From the NCBI RefSeq assembly GCF_006345805.1, contig NC_043008.1:19220001-19284000 (forward strand): a stretch of 64,000 nucleotides of DNA, given 5' to 3'. Within the stretch, counting starts at the first letter, position 1; every line of letters begins with the position of its first letter. The notes beneath the pieces were generated by a model. It ran no database searches. It was not told the origin of the DNA and worked only from the letters and a program-made list of their open reading frames with translations. This document shows positions 1 through 12,907 of this stretch, in pieces. A program made the position numbers and the translations under genes. Source of the DNA: Octopus sinensis. Lineage: Eukaryota.

Positions 1-52
1 ATAATGATGATTTGCATATGTATTCATACAATTATATATATATGTGTGTATA

Positions 53-102
<50 letters not shown>

Positions 103-104
<2 letters not shown>

Positions 105-519
105 TCATCATCATCATCGTTTAACGTCCGCTTTTCCATGCTAGCATGGGTTGGACGGTTCAACTGGGGTCTGGCAGCCTGAAGGCTGCACCAGGCCAGT
201 CAGATCTGGCAGTGTTTCTACAGCTGGATGCCCTTCCTAACGCCAACCACTCGAGAGTGTAGTTGGTGATTTTATGTGCCACCGACACAGGTGCCAGACG
301 AGGCTGGCAGACGGCCACGCTCGGATGGTGTTTTTTATGTGCCACCGACACAGGTGCCAGACGAGGCTGGCAGATGGCCACGCTCGGATGGTGTTTTTTA
401 TGTGTCACCGACACAGGTGCCAGACGAGGCTGGCAGACGGCCACGCTCGGATGGTGTTTTTTATGTGCCACCGACACAGGTGCCAGACGAGGCTGGCAAA
501 CGGCCACGATCGGATGGTG
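103..519 (-). mobile_element. SINE type B ((GAT)n/RTE-like tail) with internal 63-bp tandem repeat x4
   Basis: Tail catcatcatcgtttaacgtccgc recurs throughout the window; 63-bp unit at 265-519. Confidence 0.8.
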
Positions 520-533
520 TATATATATATATA

Positions 534-975
534 TAGGGAGAGTTTACGAAAAAAACAAAAGACAAAGACAGGTGGTGTACAAAACAAACAGATGTATTAG
601 TATAACGTTCAGGAATAGAAAAAGTCTTTTACGTTTCGAGCCTACGCTCTTCTACAGAAAGGGACACAGAAAAAGCAAGGAGAGAAACAAGGAGAAAAAA
701 AATGTGTGTAGTGGCTAGAATATTACAAAATTTACTGGAGAAGTAAAGCTTTCAGACACAGCACTTATCAATCTACACGCGTACACACACACACGCACCG
801 GAAACAGCATTACTGACAGAAACACTTCAAGTGGATCATGATGGCCAGATTGCCTTAAGGTTGACAGATTAGGTGACTTGACAAACACATCGTTGAATGA
901 GGGCTTGTTATGATGATTATGAAGAGAGAAACTATAGGAGTGAAGATAACCGAGTATATACATTATCTTCAACGG
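534..975 (-). mobile_element. Penelope-like element remnant (degenerate RT-EN linker plus pLTR with hammerhead-like motif)
   Basis: Minus ORF has KSPNL...SESFTSPVNFVIF, loosely resembling the PLE linker/GIY-YIG start; hammerhead-like fold at 626-661. Confidence 0.5.
626..661 (-). ncRNA. Minimal type I hammerhead-like motif (A6U core variant)
   Basis: CTTT-CTGTAGA-A-GAGC gtag GCTC-GAA-ACGT-A-AAAG: helix I 4 bp, helix II 4 bp, palindromic ACGT helix III. Confidence 0.5.
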
Positions 976-1016
976 TAAATTAATGTTTCTTAAATGCTTT
1001 TTTTTTTGTATTTCTC

Positions 1017-1440
1017 CCTCTTTTACTCTTTTACTCTTTTATTTGTTTCAGTCATGTGACTGTGGCCATGCTGAAGCACCGCCTTTAGTCGAGCACATCG
1101 ACCCCAGGACTTATTTTTGGAAGCCTAGTACTTATTCTATCAGTCTCTTTTGCCGAACTGCTAAGTAACGTGGACGTAAACACACCAGCATCGGTTGTCA
1201 AGCGATGTTGGGGGGACAAACACAGACACACATAGACACTCACACACACACATATATATATATATACATATATACGAAGGGCTTCTTTTCAGTTTCCGTC
1301 TACCAAATCCACTCACAAGGTGTTGGTCGGCCCGAGGCTATAGTAGAAAACACTTGCCCAAGGTGCCACATAGTGGGACTGAACCCGGAACCATGTGGTT
1401 CGTAAGCAAGCTATTTACCACACAGCCACTCCTACGCCTA
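1017..1440 (-). mobile_element. SINE type A (tRNA-derived head, gagtaaaa tail)
   Basis: Near-identical copies also at ~5244-5614(-), 6124-6639(+), 14455-14950(+), 21952-22348(+), 28851-29075(+), 42295-42668(+), 53815-54190(+). Confidence 0.85.
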
Positions 1441-2074
1441 TTAATAAATAGTTCACAATCCTGATCCCAGCCAAAGATGTTAAGAAAAAGTTGTCTTGAA
1501 TTCAAAATGATTTATTATGTTAATATAACATATATTAATATTAATATATATATGAATATTAATATTATATTAATATAACATAAATATCATTATATTTATA
1601 TTAACCTAAATATCATTTTGCTTGTTTCGGTCACAGGACTTCGGTCATGATGGAGCAGAGCCTTGTAGTGTTGCTAGTATTTTAAGTTAGCTACTTCTCT
1701 TTTGTTGAGCTGCTGAGTTAGAGGGATATAAACAAAGCAACACCAGCTGTGAAGTGTTGATAGGAGTGACAAACACAAAGATATATATACAGACTTCCAC
1801 ATTGATAGTCTGTGACCACAAAGTAAGAGTTCCACCTGTAAGCTTAGCTCTGATGGCTAAAGCAATCTATGACCACAATGGATTTTTAACAAAGAGGTTT
1901 GTGATACGAATATAAAGGTTCTGAGGTCACCAATGTGACAATTTGTTGATACCACAATGGAAGTTAAATGATGATGATGATGATGATGATGTTGATGATG
2001 ATGATGGTGGTGATGATGATGAATCAGTCTTTCAATGTGGCTGGTGAAAGTATTATTTTGTTTTAAACATGGTT

Positions 2075-2681
2075 CCTTTTCCTTATGTTCCTTCTTGAGC
2101 CATGCCTGGCTCATAAGGGCCAGTTTCCCGGTTTCTTGGCATATAGGTTCCCCACCTGGATGGGGCGCCGGTCCGTCGTAGGTGAGCTGCAAGATGCAGG
2201 AGGAAAGAGTGAGAGAAAGTTGCGGCGAAAGAGTCAGCAGAAGTTTTGCCATTACCTTCTGCCGGAGCCGCGTGGAGCTTAGGTGTTTTCGCTCATAAAC
2301 ACACACATCGTCCGGTCTGAGATTCGAACCCGCGATCCCTCGACTGCGAGTCCACTGCTCTAACCACCAGGCCATGTGCTTCCACAATGTTCCTACTTGA
2401 GCCATGCCAGGCTCATAGAGGCCGGTTTCCTTGGCGTATAGGTTCCCCACCTGGACGGGACGCCGGTCCGTCGCAGGTGAGCTGCAAGATGTAGGAGGAA
2501 AGAGTGAGAGAAAGTTGCGGCGAAAGAGTCAGCAGAAATTTCGCCATTACCTTCTGCCGGAGCCGCATGAAGCTTAGGTGTTTTCGCTCATAAACACACA
2601 CATCGTCCGGTCTGAGATTCGAACCTGCGATCCCTCGACCGCGAGTCCGCTGCTCTAACCACCAGGCCATGTGGCTCCACG
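2075..2681 (-). mobile_element. Head-to-tail dimer of tRNA-derived SINE type D (V-domain-like core)
   Basis: Two ~300-bp units with A/B boxes (TGGCCTGGTGG / GGTTCGAATC); flanked by tttaaacatggtt at 2062-2074 and 2682-2694; a monomer lies at ~49795-50093. Confidence 0.85.
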
Positions 2682-3012
2682 TTTAAACATGGTTAGTGTG
2701 ATGTGAAATAAAACACGTCTAATAACAAACACTTGTATTTATTATCAAATCTCCGTTTTAAAAGCCGGAGATATTTCAGATGAAGTACTGGTGATGGCCA
2801 GCGATTGTTTGTTCACTGAGTTGAAGGAAATCCGTGATTTTCATGTCTGAAATTCCTCCTTGATGACCTACTTTTAACTTCCAATGTAAACAAAACCATT
2901 GGAAAATTCCAAGTTTATGTCAATATTTGATCCGAATAACTCAATATTTCAGTTCCAGTCATGTCGGTGAAACTATGTCAAGCAAATTCGTTTTGGGGGA
3001 GAAAAACAGCAA

Positions 3013-3429
3013 TCTCTCTATATATAAACGGCAGTTTGTCTGTCTGTGTGTCTGTCAGAATCATAATCTGACCACGGCTTTCAACCGATTCTGATGAAAC
3101 TTGACATACAAATAGCCCAATGTCATAATTCAAAACTAACACAGCGAAAATTTTGAAAAGTTCCCCCAGTTCTGAAAAAAATCGATAAATTCGACATGGG
3201 GTCGAGAATCTAAGCTTTTTATATGCAACACATTTTCTGTTGTCGTTTTCGCAACTTGCAATCGGGAGACAGCTAGGAACATTGTATACATAGAAGTATT
3301 CGAGTGAAGAGAAGACATTGCAACCTACACATGCGCCTTCGTTCCCTAGAGGGAAAGAACTAGATTGGGATTAGTCGTTGCCTACTAGGGGCTCTTACAT
3401 ACCCGGGCAACGCCGGGCTATGCTGCTAG
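3013..3429 (+). mobile_element. Non-autonomous Helitron (body type A)
   Basis: a|TC start, subterminal hairpin cccgg-gcaacg-ccggg, CTAG|t end, no TSD. Confidence 0.8.
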
Positions 3430-3447
3430 TAAGTATTATAAAGTAAA

Positions 3448-3935
3448 GGAAAGACTTCCTCCTGTCCCATCCCACCATTTTCTACAAAACCTTTTTTTTT
3501 TTTCCGGCTACGGAGATTCTGGAAAATTGCCAAAAATCAGCATTTTGAAATTTCACCCCTGCCCACTTCCTCCTCTCATTCCCCCCACAATTTCTTCATT
3601 TTTCACTTTTCTCCCCCACCAGCCCTAACCGTAACCGTAACCCTAAAACCCTAACCCTAAAACCCTAACCCTAACCCTGAGTACAAACGTTTTTGGAAAT
3701 TTTTTTCATAATCTTAATCTCCGTATTTTTCCACATATTTTGAAAAATAAAAATTTCTGAAAAAAGTTTAAAATGAAGAAATCGGGGAGGGGGGAGGGGT
3801 AATTTCAAAATTCTGATTTTTGCCAATTTTTTTGCAGATTCGTATTCTCCATTGCCGAAAACAAACAGGTTGTGCAGAAAAAAATTAAATTAAAAATAGG
3901 GGTGTTTTGGGTGGGGTACAAAAGGAAGTCTTGCC
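3448..3935. mobile_element. GG-ended MITE (GGMAAGACTTCC TIR) with telomere-like CCCTAA tract
   Basis: TIR ggaaagacttcc / ggaagtcttgcc; same family as 20673-21231 (reverse orientation) and 4168-4413. Confidence 0.7.
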
Positions 3936-4167
3936 CTGAAGCGTATCTGGGATTTGATCAATTTGATCCCGCCAAACTAAACAGATGATACACATTTGTA
4001 TAGATGTGTCTCATTATTGTGTAAATGCTATTGTGTAAATTGAGTGTACGCTCAATTTACACAATAGCGTGTGGTCAACTGAGATATTTTTAAAGATAAT
4101 GTCTGTCCTTTGTTTACTGAGAGTAGATCAAGTTTCATAAAAGCAAAACATTGTGTACATTTATTTC

Positions 4168-4639
4168 GGCAAGACTTCTTTTTGTTCCCCCACCAAAAAC
4201 ACCCCCTTTTTTAATTGATTTTTTTTCTACATAAACCCCCGTTTTCGGCTACGGAGAATACCTCTTCCACCCATCCTAAATTCTTCGTTTTTAACTTTTT
4301 TCAGAAATTTTTGTTTCAAAATATGCAGAAAAATACGGAGATTATGATTCTCAAAAAAGTTTCCAAATATTTTTATAGTTAGGGTTTGGGGTTAGGGTTT
4401 TAGGGTTAGGGTTAACACCAAAAATTATTTACATCAAAAAGGTGCTTTTTTTCTATGAAAATCCCTATTTTTTACGGGTCATTTTTACTGCTGTGTCGCC
4501 ATTTTTCGGCGTATTTCAACCAGAAAAAATGTTCACTTAAAGAGAATAACAAGCTACATAATGCAAAATTTTTACTTTTCAAAAATTCCTGTTCTAAAGG
4601 GTCGAAACAAACCCGAGCAACGCCGGGCGATACTGCTAG
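4168..4639 (+). mobile_element. Truncated GGCAAGACT MITE fused at its TTAGGG tract to the 3' half of a type-B Helitron
   Basis: ggcaagactt start; junction ttagggttaacacc; ends cccgagcaacgccgggcgatactgCTAG|t. Confidence 0.7.
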
Positions 4640-4948
4640 TATTTATATATTTGTGCATATACAGACACAGTCACACACACACACACACACACACACATAC
4701 ATATCGTTTCGATCGTTGTGCTGCTGCCTTGCTGGGGGCACCGTCTAGAAGGGCCTTAGTCAAACGAATCGACCGCTGTGTTTACTTTTAAAGCCTGGTA
4801 CTTATTCTATCTGACTGTTTTGCCAAAACCGCTAAGTTACAGGGACGCAAACAAACCGGCACAGGTTGTAAAACTATGGTCGGGAGCAAATACACACACA
4901 CACACACACGTACACACACCGGGAGTAACCTTAAGTTTGAACCTTAAG

Positions 4949-4973
4949 GGATCTTTTCATTTTGAAAAGATCC
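4949..4973. mobile_element. 25-bp TIR-only transposon remnant with 8-bp TSD
   Basis: accttaag|ggatcttttcattttgaaaagatcc|accttaag. Confidence 0.8.
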
Positions 4974-7031
4974 ACCTTAAGTTTTCTTTCTGGCAATAGC
5001 GTCCATTTTGGTCACTATACACTTTATTTATATTCGTTTTCTACACATTTTTTTACACCTAGTAGACTGTGTTTCTTTTTGTCTTCGTGACTGGGTCTTA
5101 AACTGTACATTGACCTCCACTTTTGCTGAATGTTAAAAGTGTAGCTGGAGGAGAGATTCCTTTGCTTATTTCTAGTATCTCAAGCGAGTATCTCATACTT
5201 GCTCTATTGTTGTTAAGACCAGTCTTTGTTTAAAGATGGTATACTCTTTTACTCTTTTACTTGTTTCAGTCAGTTGACTGCGGCCATGCTGGAGCACCGC
5301 CTTTAGTCGAGCAAATCGACCCGAGGACTTATTCTTTGTAAGCCCAGTACTTATTCTATCGGTCTCTTTTGCCGAACCGCTAAGTGACGGGGACGTAAAC
5401 ACACCAGCATCGGTTGTCAAGCAATGCTAGGGGGACAAACACAGACATACATATATACATATATACGACAGGCTTCTTTCAGTTTCCGTCTACCAAATCC
5501 ACTCACAAGGCATTGGTCGGCCCGGGGCTATAGCAGAAGACACTTGCCCAAGACTGAACCCGGAACCATGTGGTTGGTTAGCAAGCTACTTACCACACAG
5601 CCACTCCTGCGCCTATGGTGTAATTTGTGGACTATTAGGCTGGTATTTCTAGCATATCTCGCAACCTCATAGAAAACGTTCCGTCGGCATATTTATATGT
5701 CGAACATCCTGTATATATTTTGAAGCCTCTTACAGATGTTTTGACAATGAGCATCGCTGATTGACAGACAGGTGGGCCAAGGTAGCAGTCTCGTTTATAG
5801 CGCGCCCGCCTCCTGGTTCGAAGGGCTGTACCACCAAACAGGAATTGTCACCACAGACATTGTTGTCCAACAAACTCGTTAGCAAGTTCTTGAAATTTGA
5901 AGATCAAAGTAAATAAACGCCACGAGGCATTTTTACGCTGCCCTGGAGTGATTCAGAGGAATTAGCAGTCAATATTTTTTAGGTGAATAAGGTTTTGTGT
6001 GATGTCACCACAAACACCCCAATTTTTTTAATCCTCTTCAAAATATTCAACATAGCTTCCAGGTAAAATTTTTTTTTTGTTTAATACTTGTTTGGGTTGT
6101 CAACCTTTACTGTGAAAAATGAAGAGTGGCTGTGTGGTAAGTAGCTTGTTTACCAACCACATGGTTCCGGGTTCAGTCCCACTGCGTGGCTGTGTGGTAA
6201 GTAGCTTGTTTACCAACCACATGGTTCCGGGTTCAGTCCCACTGCGTGGCTCCTTGGGCAAGTGTCTTCTACTATAGCCTCGGGCCGACCAAAGCCTTGT
6301 GAGTGGATTTGGTAGACGGAAACTGAAAGAAGCCCGTCGTATATATGTATATATATATATATGTGTGTGCGTGTATGTCTGTGTGTCTGTGTTTGTCCCC
6401 CTAGCATTGCTTGACAACCGATGCTGGTGTGTTTATATCCCCGTCACTTAGCGGTTCGGCAAAAGAGACCGATAGAATAAGTACTGGGCTTACAAAGAAT
6501 AAGTCCCGGGGGTCGAGTTGCACGACTAAAGGCGGTGCTCCAGCATGGCTACAGTCAAATGACTGAAACAAGTAAAAGATCGGTGCTCCAGCATGGCCAC
6601 AGTCAAATGACTGAAACAAGTAAAAGAGTAAAAGAGTAATGCAATTTTAGGTTTACAGCTGAGATATTTGTGTCTCTGGCTGTCACGTACGTCACACGAG
6701 AACGGCCCCTTCTATCACTGTTGTCATGCCTCCCTGTCATTTACTTTCTTTTCTGTTCTCTGCACTAAGTAACCCCTTCTTCTCTGGTGAGTTCAATAGC
6801 AGACTTGAAGTCCCTGGCGCATGGAATGACACATTATAAACAATTTCGTTATTTAATTATCATGTCAGAGTTTACATTGTTTGGCAGTCAGTTTGTGATC
6901 TCATGTTGTCCCGTTAAAAGTAAATCTGTGAAAATTTTGGTCATTGGTTTCCATAGTCTGTTGCAGCTGCGCATAAGAAACCATTCCACACGCACGCAGA
7001 CGGACAGGCAGAGGCTTTGCTTTCATTATAA

Positions 7032-7588
7032 CTAGCAGTATCGCCCGGCGTTGCTCGGGTTTGTTTCGACCCTTTAGAATTGGAATTTTTGAAAAGTAAA
7101 AATTTTGCATTATGTACCTTGTTATTCTCTTTAAGTGAACATTTTTCTGGTTGAAATACACCGAAAAATGGTGAAACAGCAGTAAAAAACCCGTAAAAAA
7201 TAGGGATTTTCATAGAAAAAAAAAAAAAAAAAGCACCTTTTTGATGTAAATAATTTTTGGTGTTGATATGGTTCGATTTGAATTTTATCTTCTACGGAAG
7301 GAAGAGCAAGCCTTCTTCTATCATACTCTCAATTTTGGTCAACTTGCGCCGCAGGGTCTCGGAGGAGATAGTGTTAGTTGAAGGCTACCAAACCTATTTC
7401 TTTGCTATCCACAAGGGGCTAAACACAGAGGGGACAAACAAGGACAGACACACGGATTAAGTCGATTACATCGACCCCAGTGCGTTACTGGTACTTAATG
7501 TATCGACCCCGAAAGGATGAAAGGCAAAGTCGACCTCGGCTACCAAACCTGCCACACACAGACAACTTCAGCTTTATATATAGAGAGA
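7032..7588 (-). mobile_element. Non-autonomous Helitron (body type B) containing a captured SINE
   Basis: A|TC...hairpin...CTAG|T on the minus strand; colinear with 11360-11907. Confidence 0.82.
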
Positions 7589-7914
7589 TGTATAGAAAGA
7601 GACAAGGGTGGGGGAGGAAATACAAAGTATTTATTATACAGTTTGAATAAACTAGCGTTAGCAACACTTCGAGGTTACTAACAACGAAATTATCATAATA
7701 CATATACACACACACACACAACTTGGTGTAGAGACGATCGGCATTGCAGATAGTTGTATAGCAACAGGTTGATTTGTTGTCAATGTATACGACAGGTGTG
7801 TGTGGTTTTATTATGTCATACTAACCTCGGATTAAGATGGATTGTTAATAACAATAACAATAATTTTAAGAATCGGCTTAGTCACGCTGGCCTACGATGT
7901 TGCTACACTTTATA

Positions 7915-8700
<786 letters not shown>

Positions 8701-9360
8701 CCACACAGGGCTGAACACAGAGGGAAAAAATACAAATGTAGAGCTTTTCGCTTCGAAAATTAAAAAGAAAAAGGGAGGAAAAGAAGTAAAATTCCTGTCA
8801 AAAGGGATCGTATATCACAGAAGAATTTTTGAAATGTAAAAAGGAAGATTAGGTTAATCCGTGGAAAGAAAAGCCTACGAAAAGGACCAGATAGATAGAT
8901 ATACATTTAGAAGTCGGTAAGAGTGAGTACAAGCGACATCTGAAACGAGCAAAATATTGAAAGTATAGAGAAAACACAGGCAATTAATGCTGAAGTCTAA
9001 TAACTATTGATCCGCCTGTCAGAACGAGAGATAGCAAGCAGTGTTCGATCTGTTTGCATTGAGTCAGTGACCTGGTTTCGAGACTCGGTCGTATTTTAAT
9101 CAAATTTCTAAAGTCATTAATGCGTTAAAGAAATGCATGAAAATATCGTAGCCCCTTGATTTTATGAGAAATTAATAATGGGTCTTTTCAATTTAGAAAA
9201 AGATCCTTAATAGTAAATAAAATATAAAGATATGAACAAGGTTACAACTGTCGCAATTGACAGTTGAAACTTATTTCATTTCATACAAGTTGCAAAACAC
9301 TTCAGTGCTTCAAAAGTCGCGGCAATCTCATTTCTCTCTCTCTCTCTCTCTCTCCTCTCT

Positions 9361-9407
<47 letters not shown>

Positions 9408-9442
9408 TTACTTAAATATATATTTCTTTACTCTATCAATCC

Positions 9443-9501
<59 letters not shown>

Positions 9502-9522
9502 CATCCATTTATCTATCAATCC

Positions 9523-9571
<49 letters not shown>

Positions 9572-9928
9572 ACTATCTATCTATACGTATATGTGTGAGT
9601 ATATACTTTTATGCGTGTATGTATGTGTTTATATACTTAAGCACGTATATATGTGTGTGTGTATGTGTTTTTATACAATTCCATGCATATTTTTATATAT
9701 ATATATACATATATATACACACACACACAAAATATGCATGTATATATATGTACTATATGAGTGTGTGTGTGTATTCTTATCTTATAGCCATTGAATAATA
9801 TACTATATGTATGTATGTTATTATGGTTGTCGTTTTGATAAATAAATAAGTCAACATTCTAATATCCTACAGCTGATGAACCAACTAATATGTTTCTCCA
9901 TTTCCTTATTGCATATACATACATACAC

Positions 9929-9988
<60 letters not shown>

Positions 9989-10148
9989 CACACACTCATA
10001 TGCATGTATGTATATGTATTTTATTTATCTATATATATAATCATCCACAGATACTTCTGGTTTAAAAAGAATTAAGTAGAAAAATAATTCCTTTTTGATT
10101 GTTTATTCGGCGATTGTTGTTCTGCTGTTGATGGTTGGGGTGTGTGTC

Positions 10149-10199
<51 letters not shown>

Positions 10200-10517
10200 A
10201 ATAGACGGAAAATTGATAATAAAACTCATAATAATAAAACCATTATGAGATAAAAATAGGAGTGTTTTTATAGTGGACTCGATCTACTTGAAACAGAAAC
10301 CGTATTCCTTACTCCACAAGTCTCTTACTACAAACTGACTCATTTATATACAGTTGTCCCGGCTTAACTATTCTGTCACCCCTGTCAGGGCTGTCTCGGG
10401 GCTAAAACAAAACAAGACACAGCAAGGTACAGATGAGAAACCATAACAATTTTGTTTTTTGGGGGTTTTTTTCCCATAGTTTTCGAGTGCGTTGCGGTGC
10501 GTGTGCTGTCAAATTAA

Positions 10518-10767
10518 GGATCTTTTCGGTTTGAACGGCAGTTTTTTCTAGCGGTATCATATGAAATTGTCACCCATAATTATGACCCTAGTATCGATCT
10601 ATTGCATTTCAATCTGTTTTAGGGTTAGGGTTAGGGTTAGGGGTGGGGGGAAGGGTATCTTTTTTTTTTTTTTCACAAATGTAAATAAACCCAATCTGTT
10701 TCTTAAATGAGGGACATATTCATACGGCACACAATGTTGTTTACCTCAATAGACGTCGAAAAGATCC
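10518..10767 (+). mobile_element. GGATCTTTTC MITE, internal-deletion derivative with (TTAGGG)4
   Basis: Perfect 8-bp TSD caaattaa; GG...CC termini. Confidence 0.8.
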
Positions 10768-10799
10768 CAAATTAATATTAGGGAAACTAAAGGTTTTGA

Positions 10800-11056
10800 G
10801 GTACTACTTAAGAAGAGTGGTCCCGGTGCGCGCACTCGCGTATCCGCGCTAGCTAGTCGATCCTACAACGACTACCTAGCAAAGTAAATAAGACACAAAA
10901 TAAATATTTTTCTTACACAAAGTAAATAATTTTTTTTTTACACAAAGTAAATAAAACACAAAAACACAAAGTAAGGATCGACTGGTCACGACTAGCTAGT
11001 GCGGATGCGCGAGTACGCGAGTGCGCGCACCGGGACCACTCTTCTTAAATAGTACC
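10800..11056. mobile_element. Merlin-like MITE (GGTACTA TIR, CpG-rich)
   Basis: ~40-bp TIR ggtactacttaagaagagtggtcccggtgcgcgcactcgcg; 8-bp TSD ggttttga/ggtttcga. Confidence 0.8.
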
Positions 11057-11359
11057 GGTTTCGACGTGGGTAAACATGGTGGACGAGAGGAAGAGAAACA
11101 GCTGTTAGATGGTATGTTACCAGCACGAACCGATGGAGGATCAGATGTTATGGTTGTAGTGATGAAAAAAATTCAATCGGGACGGGAACAACGGATCTGA
11201 AGGTCAGAAGTTTATTAGTGATTTGGTCAACAACATCAGATATCCGGATAGTTTTAAGTTTATTTGCTGGTACAAAAGCAAAAGCAATGACCGATATTAT
11301 TTTGTGACCGAACTATTCAATCTGATATGTGTTTGTCAAGCGTAATTCCAGTTATCTTA

Positions 11360-11907
11360 TCTCTATATATATAAAGCTGAAGTTGTCTGTGTGTGGCAGG
11401 TTTGGTAGTCGAGGTCGACTTTGCCTGTCATCCTTTCGAGGTCGATAAATTAAGTACCAGTAACGCACTGGTGTCGATGTAGTCGACTTAATCCGTGTGT
11501 CTGTCCTTGTTTGTCCCCTCTGTGTTTAGCCCCTTGTGGGTAGCAAAGAAATAGGTTTGGTAGCCTTCAACTAACACTATCTCCTCCGAGACCCTGCGGC
11601 GCAAGTTGACCAAAATTGAGAGTATGATAGAAGAAGGCTTGCTCTTCCTTCCGTAGAAGAAAAAATTCAAATCGGACCATGTTAACACCAAAACTTATTT
11701 ACATAAAAAACGTGCTTTTTTTCTATCAAAATCCCTATTTTTTACGATTTTTTTTATTGCTGTGTCGCCGTTTTTCGGTGTATTTCAACCAGAAAAATGT
11801 TCACTTAAAGAGAATAACAAGCTACATAATGCAACATTTTTACTTTTCAAAAATTCCAATTCTAAAGGGTCGAAACAAACCCAAGTAACGCCAGGCGATA
11901 CTGCTAG
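11360..11907 (+). mobile_element. Non-autonomous Helitron (body type B) containing a captured SINE
   Basis: a|TC start, CTAG|t end; internal SINE flanked by aggtttggtag (11398-11408, 11553-11563). Confidence 0.82.
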
Positions 11908-12503
11908 TTACATAATATAACACACACACAGACGAGGAACCAACGATGGAGCTTCTGTACCAATGTATCCCAAATTGGGTTCTAAGGAACCCCCAGGATT
12001 TCCCAAACAAATCCTGGGATTTGGTGAGACAAGGTGTCGACATTCTTCCGATTTTTAAGGTGTCTTTTAATTTGATTAAATTTAAAGTGTTGAGGTTTGT
12101 CCGTAGAATATTAGTAAAGGTTCCGCGATTTTAAGGAAAATCATGTAAGGGTTCGGCAACAACAAAAAAATTGGAAAGTCATTTGACCAGCTAAAAACAG
12201 CAGCTCTCCCTCATATCGACACCCTACAGTTTTTTTCTTTTTTTCTTTTTTACAGAAGAGGGAAGGAGTCATGAGATACCATTATAATGACAGGATCGAT
12301 AATGATTTGAGGACTTTTGATCATATATACCAGCTCAATCAGAGCTCACCTGTGGTTAAAAACACGCTTGTAATATAAACAAGATAAAAAAACAAACGGA
12401 ATCCAAGGAGATTTGAGGTTATCTATGTCGACAAAGATTGTATTTATTTTTAAAAGTATGTGATTACTTAAGTTGCTATGATGTGAAGAGTAGTTCGGAA
12501 ATT

Positions 12504-12907
12504 AGATCTTTTCGGTTTGAACAGCAATTTTTTCTTGCGGTGTCATATGAAATTGTCACCCATAATTATGACCCTAATATCGATCTGTTTTAGGGTTAGG
12601 GTTAGGGGTGGGAGGAAGGGTATCTTTTTTTCTTCACAAATGTAAATAAACCCAATCTGTTTCTTAAACGAGGGACATAATCATACGGCACAGAATGTTT
12701 TTTACCTCAATGGACGTCATTGATTGGTTGAAATTACAGAAGTTGAAGAAAAAAAAAACAACAAATATCTTACAAACCATAGAATTTTCTCAATAAAGCC
12801 AAGAGAAAGAGATGTTTTATAAACATATTCTACCAGTATACGAAGTTTAAAATTTTTTAGTTACCTAGAAATTATGTTAAAATCTGCCGTTCAAACCGAA
12901 AAGATCC
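12504..12907 (+). mobile_element. GGATCTTTTC MITE, ~400 bp, with (TTAGGG)3
   Basis: TIR (g)gatcttttcggtttgaac / gttcaaaccgaaaagatcc; 11-bp flanking direct repeat gttcggaaatt. Confidence 0.8.

Noticed and set aside
265-519. CRISPR-like regular repeats
   Set aside because: Contiguous 63-bp tandem units with no unique spacers, inside a eukaryotic SINE.
1857-2450. 197-aa ORF with a poly-His tract
   Set aside because: It is a read-through of the SINE dimer into a (GAT)n microsatellite.
3624-3679. True telomere or chromosome-fusion site
   Set aside because: The tracts are short, degenerate and always internal to TIR-bounded MITEs.
11057-11230. Short open frame after the Merlin-like MITE (FDVGKHGGREEEKQ...)
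   Set aside because: No splice sites or recognisable homology; too short to support.
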